Virus record (IMG/VR): IMGVR_UViG_3300037486_000490
Coordinates: 28,501 to 92,500 of that record
DNA: 64,000 nucleotides
Strand: one strand, 5' to 3'
Source: a virus
The notes beneath the pieces are model-generated. The model searched no databases and was not told the DNA's origin. It worked only from the letters and a program-made list of their open reading frames with translations. Position numbers and translations under genes: made by a program. Shown piece by piece: positions 1 to 9,292 of the stretch; positions within the stretch are counted from its first letter, which is position 1; every line of letters begins with the position of its first letter.

Positions 1-415
1 CGGCTACCATACTCAGCGAAAGTCCTTTTACATCGAGTACCGATGCTGAAAGAGCAACACCTGCATAAGGTTGTTCGACGGTTGCCACACTTATCATAGC
101 TGCAAATGAGTAATCATTATAAGGTTTGTCACTCACAAGCTTGTAATGGGAATAGCTTAAGCCGAATCCTGCGCGTGATACGAACGTGCTTTCAAACTGC
201 AAGAACTCACCAAGCTCATTATAAGACGACTTCACCACTTGAGCCATTATCAGCATCTCAGGACGGAACAGGAACGAGCTTACTGCATCTTTGGATCCGC
301 TTACACTCTGGATACGTTCAACCGTTACCGGTTCAAGAAATCCTTTAAAGAGACCCTGGGCGTTAGCCATTGTCATAGACAACAGCAGAACTGCGAGAAA
401 TAGAAGTTTTTTCAT
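1..415 (-). CDS. Signal-peptide protein, probable outer-membrane beta-barrel (3' end runs off the window)
   Basis: Not in the ORF track. Manual translation from ATG 415: MKKLLFLAVLLLSMTMANA|QGLFKG...SRAGFGLSYSHYKL...YSFAAMISV...YAGVALSASVLDVKGLSLSMVA, open to position 1. Alternating hydrophobic strands. Confidence 0.6.
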   Translation of the reverse strand, partial: MKKLLFLAVLLLSMTMANAQGLFKGFLEPVTVERIQSVSGSKDAVSSFLFRPEMLIMAQVVKSSYNELGEFLQFESTFVSRAGFGLSYSHYKLVSDKPYNDYSFAAMISVATVEQPYAGVALSASVLDVKGLSLSMVA

Positions 416-416
416 G

Positions 417-776
417 TTACTTTCCTTTATTAATTATTTGTTTTTCACGGTACATCCTGGTGTTAATCTCCTTGGATTTAACTACATCGACTTTCTTGAA
501 CAGGAACTTCATTACCGTATTCACAAGCCAGGCTACCATAGATCCTTCTTTGATCTTGCCTGTCTGACCGAGCCATGTCTCAATAGGTATGAGAATTACC
601 AGAGCAACCATTGCCCAGTTGGCTTTCACAAGTCCCAGGAGAAACTGGAACATATCATTGAATGTCATGCCTTGATGCACAACCGTGCTGTCCACTGGTG
701 TGGAATCAACAACCTGTCCCGATACGACCATAGCCGTAATCAGGAGTACTGTCATAAGTAAAATACTCTTTTTCAT
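417..776 (-). CDS. Membrane protein with N-terminal signal peptide (holin-like or envelope protein)
   Basis: MKKSILLMTVLLITAMVVSG|Q, then hydrophobic segment WAMVALVILIPIETWLG and a basic C-terminus. Confidence 0.55.
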   Translation of the reverse strand: MKKSILLMTVLLITAMVVSGQVVDSTPVDSTVVHQGMTFNDMFQFLLGLVKANWAMVALVILIPIETWLGQTGKIKEGSMVAWLVNTVMKFLFKKVDVVKSKEINTRMYREKQIINKGK

Positions 777-973
777 GTTTAATTATTATTTAAGTGATTC
801 AAATACAATACTCTACAAAAATGTAGCTGCCAAAAGCTATGCAACCCAGAAGTCCAAGTTCTATGACTCTCATTGCAATGACGATTAATACTACTGCTGT
901 TCTCATGGATATTACTTTTTAGCAAGTTAATTCCATGAATATTCAACCGACACCAGACTGCCGGAAAGGGTTA

Positions 974-1009
974 TTATATCTATAACCCTTTTACAAGGAA
1001 AGGTTTATA
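974..1009. repeat. 36-bp palindromic element, copy 1 (direct repeat of 9246-9281)
   Basis: TTATATCTATAACCCTTTTACAAGGAAAGGTTTATA; 34/36 identical to copy 2; intergenic. Confidence 0.9.
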
Positions 1010-1017
1010 AGATGCGT

Positions 1018-1320
1018 TTAGGGAAGAGGCGGAAAAGTATTCGGTACCCAGGGCATCAGTTCTGCAACAAGTTGAACGAATATCCATCCGAGTATGCCTG
1101 CTGCGTTCCATGCCATATCCCAGGCACTGATAAATTCTTTATCATGATATTTATCCCATAATTCTTTACCCACAGCAACCAGCCCTGCAATTCCCATTGC
1201 AAGCAACCTGGGAATAAGTGTCTGCCAATATTCATTTCCGCCTATAGAAGGCGAGAGAAAATTGTACGTTACATCTGTTATGAAGTAACATGCCAGAAAA
1301 TGTAAGAGTGCTTCTATCAT
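1018..1320 (-). CDS. Small multi-TM membrane protein
   Basis: Hydrophobic segments with a GKELWD...ISAWDMAWNAAG motif seen in small phage/Bacteroidota membrane proteins. Confidence 0.6.
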   Translation of the reverse strand: MIEALLHFLACYFITDVTYNFLSPSIGGNEYWQTLIPRLLAMGIAGLVAVGKELWDKYHDKEFISAWDMAWNAAGILGWIFVQLVAELMPWVPNTFPPLP

Positions 1321-1330
1321 CTTTTATTAT

Positions 1331-2422
1331 TTAATTACCATCCCATCCAGCAATTCTTGCAAGCATCCACCACATAGCTTTACCAAGTCTTAATTCTCCA
1401 GCAGCAGAAATATGCCCTTCTATTTCTGGATCATTATTTGTATTTGTTATAGAAGGATAAGTATGTCCATCCCATGTTGTAGTAGTGGGTGTCCCGTTGT
1501 CATCATAACATAAAATATCAGCATAATCAAAAAGTATTACACTCTCTTGAGAATCAACCCAATCTCTAAGGTGTTCATACTTGAGATAAGCCTGGTACAT
1601 ATTTTCAGCGTTGAGATTTCCATTATAATTATCTACTGGTCCTGTTGTGAAAAATACTTTTGTAGGAATACTATTGGTAGTACAATAATCAACATATTCT
1701 TGTGTGACACTTATATATGTATCCATACTCACACCATTGCCTGTAATTGAAAAATCAGAAGCATCTAATCCCCATGCTCTGTCACCATTTGGACCACTAA
1801 CAGAAGAACCCCACCAATGAACTCCATAAATAGGATCAGCAGTTTCAGTAGCACCAGTTCCCATTGGATCCCAACACCATCCAAATCCAATAGCTGAAAC
1901 AGTCAGATTGTTTGCATAACAATAAGAGATACTTGCTTTTGTTCTTGTAATAGCAGTAGCATTGGTCCACCAATCTTCTTCACCATGCCAATATATCCAA
2001 CCTGTAGTATTATCATAATCGCCCCATCTTGCCCCACTTGCTCTTAGATGAGAAGTAGTATATGCTTCTGGGTTTGGATCTGTACCTACCCAGGGAATTC
2101 CATCAGTAACATTAACTGCAAACTTAGCATCCAATGCCTGTAATAAAATTAATCCATATCTTACTCCATAAGAATGCGATTCTCCTGCATTTACCATCCA
2201 CATTTTTTTTACCTCATTAATGTACACCTGTGGAATATCGTTATATAAATTTACTACAGTATGATCAGCTATTATCTTAGGAGACGTTGATTGTTGTTCA
2301 ACTGTATAATTAATAGGAGTAAATCCGCCATTATTAATAGGAATTCCATTATGGACTAACAGTGATTGTGCAGATATACCGAAGCTAACTAATAATAATA
2401 TTATTGTAATATTTTTCTTCAT
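1331..2422 (-). CDS. Secreted protein, possible SGNH-like alpha/beta hydrolase
   Basis: Signal peptide ...SFGISA|Q; GESHS near N-terminus, LFDYADI and GHISAAGELRLGKAMWWMLARIAGW at C-terminus. Confidence 0.5.
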   Translation of the reverse strand: MKKNITIILLLVSFGISAQSLLVHNGIPINNGGFTPINYTVEQQSTSPKIIADHTVVNLYNDIPQVYINEVKKMWMVNAGESHSYGVRYGLILLQALDAKFAVNVTDGIPWVGTDPNPEAYTTSHLRASGARWGDYDNTTGWIYWHGEEDWWTNATAITRTKASISYCYANNLTVSAIGFGWCWDPMGTGATETADPIYGVHWWGSSVSGPNGDRAWGLDASDFSITGNGVSMDTYISVTQEYVDYCTTNSIPTKVFFTTGPVDNYNGNLNAENMYQAYLKYEHLRDWVDSQESVILFDYADILCYDDNGTPTTTTWDGHTYPSITNTNNDPEIEGHISAAGELRLGKAMWWMLARIAGWDGN

Positions 2423-2424
2423 AG

Positions 2425-3960
2425 CTATTTTACTGGTATTCCTTGATATATTATAAGTTTACTTCCGTTTACTATTGGCAATACTATATTACTATCCCCA
2501 CTTTCATACCATCCAAGATCAGGAGCAGAGCCATTATAAATAATCCCAAGACTTGACATATTATCATCAGTTACACCTCCATCAATCAAATCTGATGTTG
2601 GATCAAGTTTTCCAAAATCAACATCAGGCAATGAACCATCTGTCTTTCTTGATGCTAAAAGTTCATTAACATCCAAACTTATAAAATCATCAGCTGTAAC
2701 AGTAAATGAAGGATTGTCTTGCCAAAAAGGACTGCTACCATAACTTTGGAAAGTATTATGGTCCAGCGTAAAAACCCAACTCATATTATCTTGAGCCCAA
2801 GGAATATTAAACCAAGGGTAATCAGAATCAAGATAAGATATATTATTTCTATAAATACACCATGAAGCTGCAAGTGGACTTTCAGTACAATTCTGTACAA
2901 GATATCCTATTTTATTATTATATGATATGTTATTATATGTCCAAGCTCTCGTCCATTCATCTCCTAAAGCATTATTAGGATCATAACTAAATCCCATATT
3001 ATTAGCAGATATATTATTATGTGTAATTCTTGAAATATAATCTGGTGTATGAGGAGGAGGATCACCTATCTTAAATCCATTACCCTCTGATGCTGATAAT
3101 GTTGGATCGCCATTATTAAATGCCCAACAGTTACGCATTACTGTAAGACATAATTGATCTAAATTAATACCATCATCAGCATTACCCCATGCTCTACATC
3201 CTTCTAATAATCCATAATTTGTAGTAAAATCATCATACTGTTGTAGAAAAAATCCATCTGCTCCATTACCAGCTTGTCTTAACCATGTCACACCAAGGTC
3301 AAGTGTATAGGTACTAAGACTATCAGCATTATCATAAGCATCACAATTTATCCACATACTTGTATCTACTATTGATAAATTATAATTGAATATGTTAAAT
3401 CCAGCACCACCATTATGATGTGAATGACATCTATCAAAGATTAAATTTGTGCAATCACTACTTGTCCATCCAGGAGTTTTATGACCATATTCTCCATAAT
3501 TTACCAAGTCTATACTTCTTTGGTCTTGTCTTACATTACATATAGTTAATCCAACAAACTTGACATAATTACAATTAGAAAATTCTAATCCATTATTATA
3601 TCCTTGAGGTGATGCAACTTGATATCTGCAATCAAGAACAGCGGAATCTCCTACAGCAAGTTCTGGCGGATACAGTGAAATAACCAATGGAGCTGCACGT
3701 GAAGATGTCATACCATCTAAATAAACATACGCTGATCTTGTGGTTTCATTTGCTGGTGTATATCTTCCTGCTCTAATATATAACGTATCACCAGCTGATA
3801 ACATTTCTACCCCATGCTTCCATGTTGCCCATGGTGTTGAAATACTTTGTGCTTGAGTTGTAGTTCTACTATCATTACCATTTGTTGCAACATAGTACGT
3901 AGTAGCTGATACATTTAATGATATTAAAATCAATAATAATATAATAAATCTTTTTATCAT
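2425..3960 (-). CDS. Secreted right-handed parallel beta-helix protein (pectate-lyase PL9-like depolymerase)
   Basis: Signal peptide; TTYYVATNGNDS...PWAT...AGDTLYIRAG; CRAWGNADDGINL, GNGFKIG; C-terminal SDLIDGG...GSAPDLGWYE. Confidence 0.8.
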   Translation of the reverse strand: MIKRFIILLLILISLNVSATTYYVATNGNDSRTTTQAQSISTPWATWKHGVEMLSAGDTLYIRAGRYTPANETTRSAYVYLDGMTSSRAAPLVISLYPPELAVGDSAVLDCRYQVASPQGYNNGLEFSNCNYVKFVGLTICNVRQDQRSIDLVNYGEYGHKTPGWTSSDCTNLIFDRCHSHHNGGAGFNIFNYNLSIVDTSMWINCDAYDNADSLSTYTLDLGVTWLRQAGNGADGFFLQQYDDFTTNYGLLEGCRAWGNADDGINLDQLCLTVMRNCWAFNNGDPTLSASEGNGFKIGDPPPHTPDYISRITHNNISANNMGFSYDPNNALGDEWTRAWTYNNISYNNKIGYLVQNCTESPLAASWCIYRNNISYLDSDYPWFNIPWAQDNMSWVFTLDHNTFQSYGSSPFWQDNPSFTVTADDFISLDVNELLASRKTDGSLPDVDFGKLDPTSDLIDGGVTDDNMSSLGIIYNGSAPDLGWYESGDSNIVLPIVNGSKLIIYQGIPVK

Positions 3961-4844
3961 GGGATTATTCCTTTACTATTTGAATCCATATATGCTTCAA
4001 AATTATCTACAATAGCATCTCTCATTGCAGTAGTGATATGTTCAGCAACAAAAGCAAGTGATACTTGTGCTACTGAATAAAATTCCCTTGTATAATTTTT
4101 TCTTGCCAATATGTTAAATTCCATTGTAGGTAGTCCAACGCTATTGGCTGTGGCAGGATCAGAAGTACTGGTTGTTTTATTTTTATATAAGATCACAGCA
4201 CTTGAACTTGTTCTTGTTGTTATCCATAATGCAGCGTGTGCATTACTTGTAGTTTCAGTATAACTTACTGTAACATCATTAAGAGAAAAAACAATCTCCC
4301 CAGACGAATAAGGTTGCAAACAAGTATTTTGAACGCCATCAGATACACCAAGATAACATCCTTCATTTGCTGGGTTTGCAGCCGTTCTGGAGTAGACGCC
4401 TATTGCTCCACTATTCTGAGTAAAATTAACTCCATCAGTGGATGGTACAAAATCAGTGCTAATATATTGAGATGTTCCATTACCAGTAAATCCTTCAAGT
4501 GTAGTAAATGATGCACTATAGTTTGTACAATCATGATCTCTCTCAACTGCATTTCTTAAAGATGACTCTGATGTCTCATTTGCAAGAATATACATTGCAT
4601 CAAATACATCAGATAGATTAGTAATACCTAAGTCACTTTTAAGATCGGTAAAGAATGTATTTAACTTATCGAGTTGTCCACTACTTAATTCAGTAGTAAG
4701 ACCATTAATATACGTTTCAAGATCAGAGTCATATCCTCCCCCTTGCTCTGTAGCAACAGGAACATGAAACGGATGTCTTGCAATCTGCCCCTGGACTGGC
4801 AGAAGTAGTAAAACAAGTAGCCATATTGAAAATAGTCTTCTCAT
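3957..4844 (-). CDS. Secreted protein with lectin/LamG-like fibre-tip domain
   Basis: Signal peptide ...LPVQG|Q; GFTGNGTSQYISTDFVPS resembles concanavalin-like phage fibre-tip domains. Confidence 0.55.
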   Translation of the reverse strand: MRRLFSIWLLVLLLLPVQGQIARHPFHVPVATEQGGGYDSDLETYINGLTTELSSGQLDKLNTFFTDLKSDLGITNLSDVFDAMYILANETSESSLRNAVERDHDCTNYSASFTTLEGFTGNGTSQYISTDFVPSTDGVNFTQNSGAIGVYSRTAANPANEGCYLGVSDGVQNTCLQPYSSGEIVFSLNDVTVSYTETTSNAHAALWITTRTSSSAVILYKNKTTSTSDPATANSVGLPTMEFNILARKNYTREFYSVAQVSLAFVAEHITTAMRDAIVDNFEAYMDSNSKGIIP

Positions 4845-6967
4845 TACCAGTTCCTTATTTTATAACCAGACATTGTTAAACTTAGCAAACTTGGTTTATT
4901 GCCAGCCGATACTGCTGAAATAGTACACCATACCCAGACATTAGGTGGTATTTCATTATTTGTAAAACTCGTATCTTCATCGCCAGTAGTAATACTGGTT
5001 ATAGTATAAGCCGCAGAATTGAGGTTTGTGGCAGAACCACTCTTAAATGTACCATGCCAACTGATCTGAACCCCGACTGTTTCTGTTCCAGACCCTTCAG
5101 CTAAAACTCCCCTTATAGAAGTGATATGAAGTGTATCAGCGCCAGCATTATAAAATGCTCCTGAGATAGCATTATTATTAAATACTACTGTATCTGCCGA
5201 TATTCCAGAGCCAAGTCCAAATATGAATATTGGAATGGTATCTATATTAAGTCTGGCATTAAGTGTAATTAAATCTTCAACATCCTCTTCTGTTACTGTT
5301 CCCGTTCCTCCATAGGTTCTTGCGTAAGATTGTGTAGCTAATGTATCTGTTGTACTAACTTTTTGAACTCCAGTGAAAGTTGGATTTGCAAGTGGAGCAT
5401 AAGTTGACGAAACCTCAGAACTAAGTATATAGTGAGTTAACATTGAGGTAGTATCAGATACGTTTACTTTGTTAGTTAAGCCGGTTGTTAGATCATAATT
5501 TGAAGCATAATGCCCTGGACCAGCCGTGCTATCGGCAAGCATAACTGCAATATCAGATATTTCTAATCCTGCTCCTATCCTTGCATCAAGACTATCATTA
5601 ATATTTTGTGTGGTGGAAAGAGTCCCGGATGTTGGCAGAGTTACAGTTGTAGATGCTATGGTTGTAAAGGTTAGTGCATCAGCACCCGAAAGCGTTAATG
5701 ATCCACTGGCAGGGGTGAAACCCGTCACTGTTGCAGCAGTCTCACTATCCAATAAATAATTACCCAACATAGAAGCCGTATCTGCCACCTCTATATAAAG
5801 AGGTCGTAAAACATTCAGACTATCAGCAATTTCATCCCTGACATCTCCTATTGTTACTGTACCAATACCGCCATAAGATCTTGCATAAGACTGGGTAGCA
5901 AGTGTATCAGTTGTACTATATTTAGGAAGAACACCCGTGAAAGTCGGAGATGTAAACATTGTTGCCTTACTTTCGTTGGTAACATTTCCTAAACTTACAT
6001 CAGACGATGTCAATGAGAGAGCAGTCTTGAAGTTTGCTGCACTTAAAGCATCTACGGTGTTATTTGCATTTACACGAAGAAAGGTTATTGCCGATGGATT
6101 TGTGAGAGTTAACAGGTTTGAACCAACTGTTGACTGAGCAACAAACCCCATGTTTCCATACTCGTCAATATTCAATAAATTCGTGGTTCCAGCAGAAGGT
6201 AGTGCAGCTATCGGAAGTCGATAACTCCGATTTGCAGTTGGAGCTCCTCCTTGTAGTGCTGTCCAAAATCCATTACTTCCATAAAAATAAAGTAGGCTTC
6301 CTCCATCAGATGTACCATCAAAATAAGGCGCAGCAGTACCATTACCCACAAGACCAGCTCTATCCCATACTGTTGAGTTATTGGTTATTGTAGTTCCCCA
6401 TGATGATCCGCTTGTTACAATAGGTATTCCTGAACCACTTGGATAAACCATTGAAGCTCCTTCTCCAACTTCCGTTAACAAAGCATACGTACTAAGCATT
6501 GTGGCTGTATCTGCTACGGCTACATATAAAGGTCGAAATACATTAAGACTGTCAGCAATCTCATCACGAACATCTCCAATAGCCACCCCTCCTGATCCAC
6601 CAACAAGTCTTGCATAAGCTCTTGTAGCAATAGTATCAGTTCCTATCCCCACAAGTTTGTTAAGCTCTGTATATGTGACCAGGGCTCCATCAAGGACATT
6701 TAATTCCTGACCGTTTGATGTTATCGTCACCGCATTGACCCTCCATGTAACAGGAAGTGATACCGTACCAGTGAATGTAGGTGATGCCAAAGGAGCTTTA
6801 GCTGTTTGTAAAATAGTTATTGAATCACTCGCTATCTCATCGTTAGCATTAATTATAGTTCTTGCCGTAGTCCATGTTCCTCCTGCGGGAATTGTGGTAA
6901 TAGTCTGTGCCATCAAACCTACTGAGAGTAAGACTACACCGAATATTATAAGTAATATTTTTTTCAT
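4844..6967 (-). CDS. Tail/head-fibre-like repeat protein carrying a signal peptide
   Basis: MKKILLIIFGVVLLSVGLMA|Q; fibre-shaft motifs APLASPTFTG, DVSLGNVTNESKATMFTSPTFTG, APLANPTFTG; internal duplications IGDVRDEIADSLNV x2 and TTDTLATQSYAR x2. Confidence 0.7.
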   Translation of the reverse strand: MKKILLIIFGVVLLSVGLMAQTITTIPAGGTWTTARTIINANDEIASDSITILQTAKAPLASPTFTGTVSLPVTWRVNAVTITSNGQELNVLDGALVTYTELNKLVGIGTDTIATRAYARLVGGSGGVAIGDVRDEIADSLNVFRPLYVAVADTATMLSTYALLTEVGEGASMVYPSGSGIPIVTSGSSWGTTITNNSTVWDRAGLVGNGTAAPYFDGTSDGGSLLYFYGSNGFWTALQGGAPTANRSYRLPIAALPSAGTTNLLNIDEYGNMGFVAQSTVGSNLLTLTNPSAITFLRVNANNTVDALSAANFKTALSLTSSDVSLGNVTNESKATMFTSPTFTGVLPKYSTTDTLATQSYARSYGGIGTVTIGDVRDEIADSLNVLRPLYIEVADTASMLGNYLLDSETAATVTGFTPASGSLTLSGADALTFTTIASTTVTLPTSGTLSTTQNINDSLDARIGAGLEISDIAVMLADSTAGPGHYASNYDLTTGLTNKVNVSDTTSMLTHYILSSEVSSTYAPLANPTFTGVQKVSTTDTLATQSYARTYGGTGTVTEEDVEDLITLNARLNIDTIPIFIFGLGSGISADTVVFNNNAISGAFYNAGADTLHITSIRGVLAEGSGTETVGVQISWHGTFKSGSATNLNSAAYTITSITTGDEDTSFTNNEIPPNVWVWCTISAVSAGNKPSLLSLTMSGYKIRNW

Positions 6968-7027
6968 CGTATTATTTCTTTATTATCGTTATTCGTATAG
7001 TGTGTTTTATATTACCTAATTTCACAA

Positions 7028-8182
7028 CTACCCATATACATTAGACCAATCATTATTATAAGCACACAATGCACCACTACTTAATGCTGCCCATGCTGCA
7101 GTATTTGTAACTTCAGGTATGGCATCTCCATTGCGATACTTAGTTTCACATAAATTATCTGCCAACCACTCCTGTGTACCTATACAAATAGTTCTATATA
7201 TTCTTCCATCATTCCCCACATATACTCCATATTGACCATGTGCTAGAGTAGTGCTATTTTTTACAAACCTAATTGGTAATCCACTTTTTAGTGTATGATA
7301 TTGTGAATCTTCTATAACAAAATCCTCAAATATTACATTAATTGCTGCATGATAAGGATGAGTAGTATTTATGAGTGTTGCTGACCAATAATCGTATTCT
7401 ATCTGGAAGGCATCAAATACCCCTTCCTTTGTCCTGTAACCAGCTCCAATAGCGTTAAACCCAAGTTCATTTGTTCCTTCATTAGTAGTCCAATAATCAA
7501 GTCCCATAGTCCTTAATTTAAAACATCCATTAGGGTTTATATAGTCTCTCTTAATTACTATATCATTATATGTTGGCACATGCCATCCATTAGATGCAAT
7601 ATTTCTTGCATCATTTACAACATACCAATTATAGAAAAGTCCATACAAAGGAGGATCAGTTTCAACAAACGTCCTATTATCCTTCATGTACCCGGACTCC
7701 ATCATTGTTTCACCCCAATATTGAACCCATAACTTAAAGAACTTATTTAAAACTACTTTATCTGATTCTGTGAGAACTTCACCGGTTTTAAGAATACCTA
7801 TTGCCGATACATCATAAGGTTCGAAATCGGCATATTTGATAAATGTCCTGGTTGTAGTACTAATAATAAGGTTGGCATGTGTCTTCTGCTGAAGCACTCC
7901 GGCACCATTGAACCACCAGTCATCTGTACCATCTGCTGCCAGATAGGTTGCATTATCAGGTACAGCAAAGGTTGCCTCAGTATCAGGAGGGATATATTTT
8001 GTACTCCAGTTCTTTCCTGTAACAGTTATGACAGAAGAATCAAGATCAGAAAGCAAATCATCCCCGTCATACTTGCCGGTCCATAGGAATAGGAACTTGG
8101 CTTTTAATGCCGCAGGCAAGCCATGACTCCTGTTATAGTTGGGAGTGACCAGATTGCAACGACCTAATCCATTAAATCCCAT
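7028..8182 (-). CDS. Fibre protein with circularly permuted Fib_succ_major (FISUMP) domain
   Basis: YGLFYNW...GWHVPT...TNELGF...GLPIRFVKN precedes DGRIYRTICIGTQEWLADNL...KYRNGD...CAYNND. Confidence 0.75.
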   Translation of the reverse strand: MGFNGLGRCNLVTPNYNRSHGLPAALKAKFLFLWTGKYDGDDLLSDLDSSVITVTGKNWSTKYIPPDTEATFAVPDNATYLAADGTDDWWFNGAGVLQQKTHANLIISTTTRTFIKYADFEPYDVSAIGILKTGEVLTESDKVVLNKFFKLWVQYWGETMMESGYMKDNRTFVETDPPLYGLFYNWYVVNDARNIASNGWHVPTYNDIVIKRDYINPNGCFKLRTMGLDYWTTNEGTNELGFNAIGAGYRTKEGVFDAFQIEYDYWSATLINTTHPYHAAINVIFEDFVIEDSQYHTLKSGLPIRFVKNSTTLAHGQYGVYVGNDGRIYRTICIGTQEWLADNLCETKYRNGDAIPEVTNTAAWAALSSGALCAYNNDWSNVYG

Positions 8183-8190
8183 AACTTTAG

Positions 8191-8502
8191 TTAAACTTCA
8201 AACACATTGAATACCGTACAAATATTTGCAATACCACCAAGTACCGCAACTTTATCTCCAATAACTACAGGAAGCCAAAGCTCCCCACCGGATGGTATAA
8301 AAATAGATGTAGCAAGTGCAGTAGGATTAACTCCTGTAAGCACACGGATATCTGCATCTGTTGCCACAATACGCACAAGGTTTCCTGCAATTGCAGCACT
8401 CTGAACAGATGCAGCTGTACCATTTACATCCTGTGATGCTGTAAGTCCCATTACGGGAATTGGATTACCATTGGCATCCATCAACATAACTGCCTTCGAC
8501 AT
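8191..8502 (-). CDS. Small beta-sandwich virion protein (head-spike base-like)
   Basis: VRIVATDADIRVLTGVNPTA...IFIPSGGELWL...GDKVAV resembles small spike-base jelly-roll proteins; no signal peptide. Confidence 0.45.
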   Translation of the reverse strand: MSKAVMLMDANGNPIPVMGLTASQDVNGTAASVQSAAIAGNLVRIVATDADIRVLTGVNPTALATSIFIPSGGELWLPVVIGDKVAVLGGIANICTVFNVFEV

Positions 8503-8522
8503 TGTAATTTATTTTAGTATTG

Positions 8523-9161
8523 TTAATAGGTAATGTAGGTGATGTAAACTCTCCACTCACCGTTGGTTGTGGTAGCCCAGTTTTGATCCGGATCAAATGA
8601 CAACCATACTTTTGTAGCAGCAGTGTAACTCATTACAACAGCCACTGGAAGGGCAGGGTTTATAACTCCTACCACCTCGTTCTGAGTATCACATGATGCA
8701 GCTACAATAAATTGTGCGCCTGCGGAAGCATTGCCGGCTGCTATGGTAATATCGGAAGCTCCAGCAGAGTTGACAAAGTCGTTTGAAGCAACGATCTGAA
8801 TGTCAAGAACTTTTGATCTTGCAGGTATAATTGCTCCCAAATCCAGGTTATATGCAGTATGATTGGCAGCTGCAACAGGAAGGTAAAAGTCATACCCTAC
8901 GGCATACCCTAAAAGTGCAATACCTTTCTGGATGGTATATATTCCAGCCATACTAACCCCATTCACTTCCGGAGTAACCGTAAGCAGATCAGGAGCTGCA
9001 AGTTGGGAATATACAGACTGAAAATTTTGATTGGTAACCCTCATAGCAGTACCAAGCCCATCACCGCCTGAGCCATTACGACCTTTACCGGGATTAAGAA
9101 GTACCTGACCATATCCTGAGAGTGAGAGGATGCAGAACAATAAAACAAGAAGTTTTTTCAT
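8523..9161 (-). CDS. Signal-peptide protein with fibre-anchor-like N-terminus and jelly-roll-like C-terminus
   Basis: MKKLLVLLFCILSLSGYG|QVLLNPGKGRNGSGGDGLGTAMRVTNQNF resembles the IELINVGLAADDGTGDLLRDAFIHVNN start of fibre 10692-12752. Confidence 0.6.
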   Translation of the reverse strand: MKKLLVLLFCILSLSGYGQVLLNPGKGRNGSGGDGLGTAMRVTNQNFQSVYSQLAAPDLLTVTPEVNGVSMAGIYTIQKGIALLGYAVGYDFYLPVAAANHTAYNLDLGAIIPARSKVLDIQIVASNDFVNSAGASDITIAAGNASAGAQFIVAASCDTQNEVVGVINPALPVAVVMSYTAATKVWLSFDPDQNWATTTNGEWRVYITYITY

Positions 9162-9245
9162 GATTTTATGATTTAAATGATATAATGTGCAACACTAAAT
9201 TAAGCCATGTCATTCTGGATAGTAAAAATATACGTACCAGAAACG

Positions 9246-9281
9246 TTATATCTATAACCCTTTTACCAGAAAAGGTTTATA
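9246..9281. repeat. 36-bp palindromic element, copy 2
   Basis: TTATATCTATAACCCTTTTACCAGAAAAGGTTTATA; arms TATAACCCTTTT/AAAAGGTTTATA with a 5-nt spacer. Confidence 0.9.
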
Positions 9282-9292
9282 GTGACGATTAG

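Noticed and set aside
785-910. Small hydrophobic minus-strand ORF (MRVIELGLLGCIAFGSYIFVESIVFESLK)
   Set aside because: Plausible micro-membrane protein but too short, with an ambiguous start, to support.
7028-8182. Diversity-generating retroelement targeting the Fib_succ_major gene
   Set aside because: No reverse transcriptase ORF and no template/variable repeat pair seen in this window.
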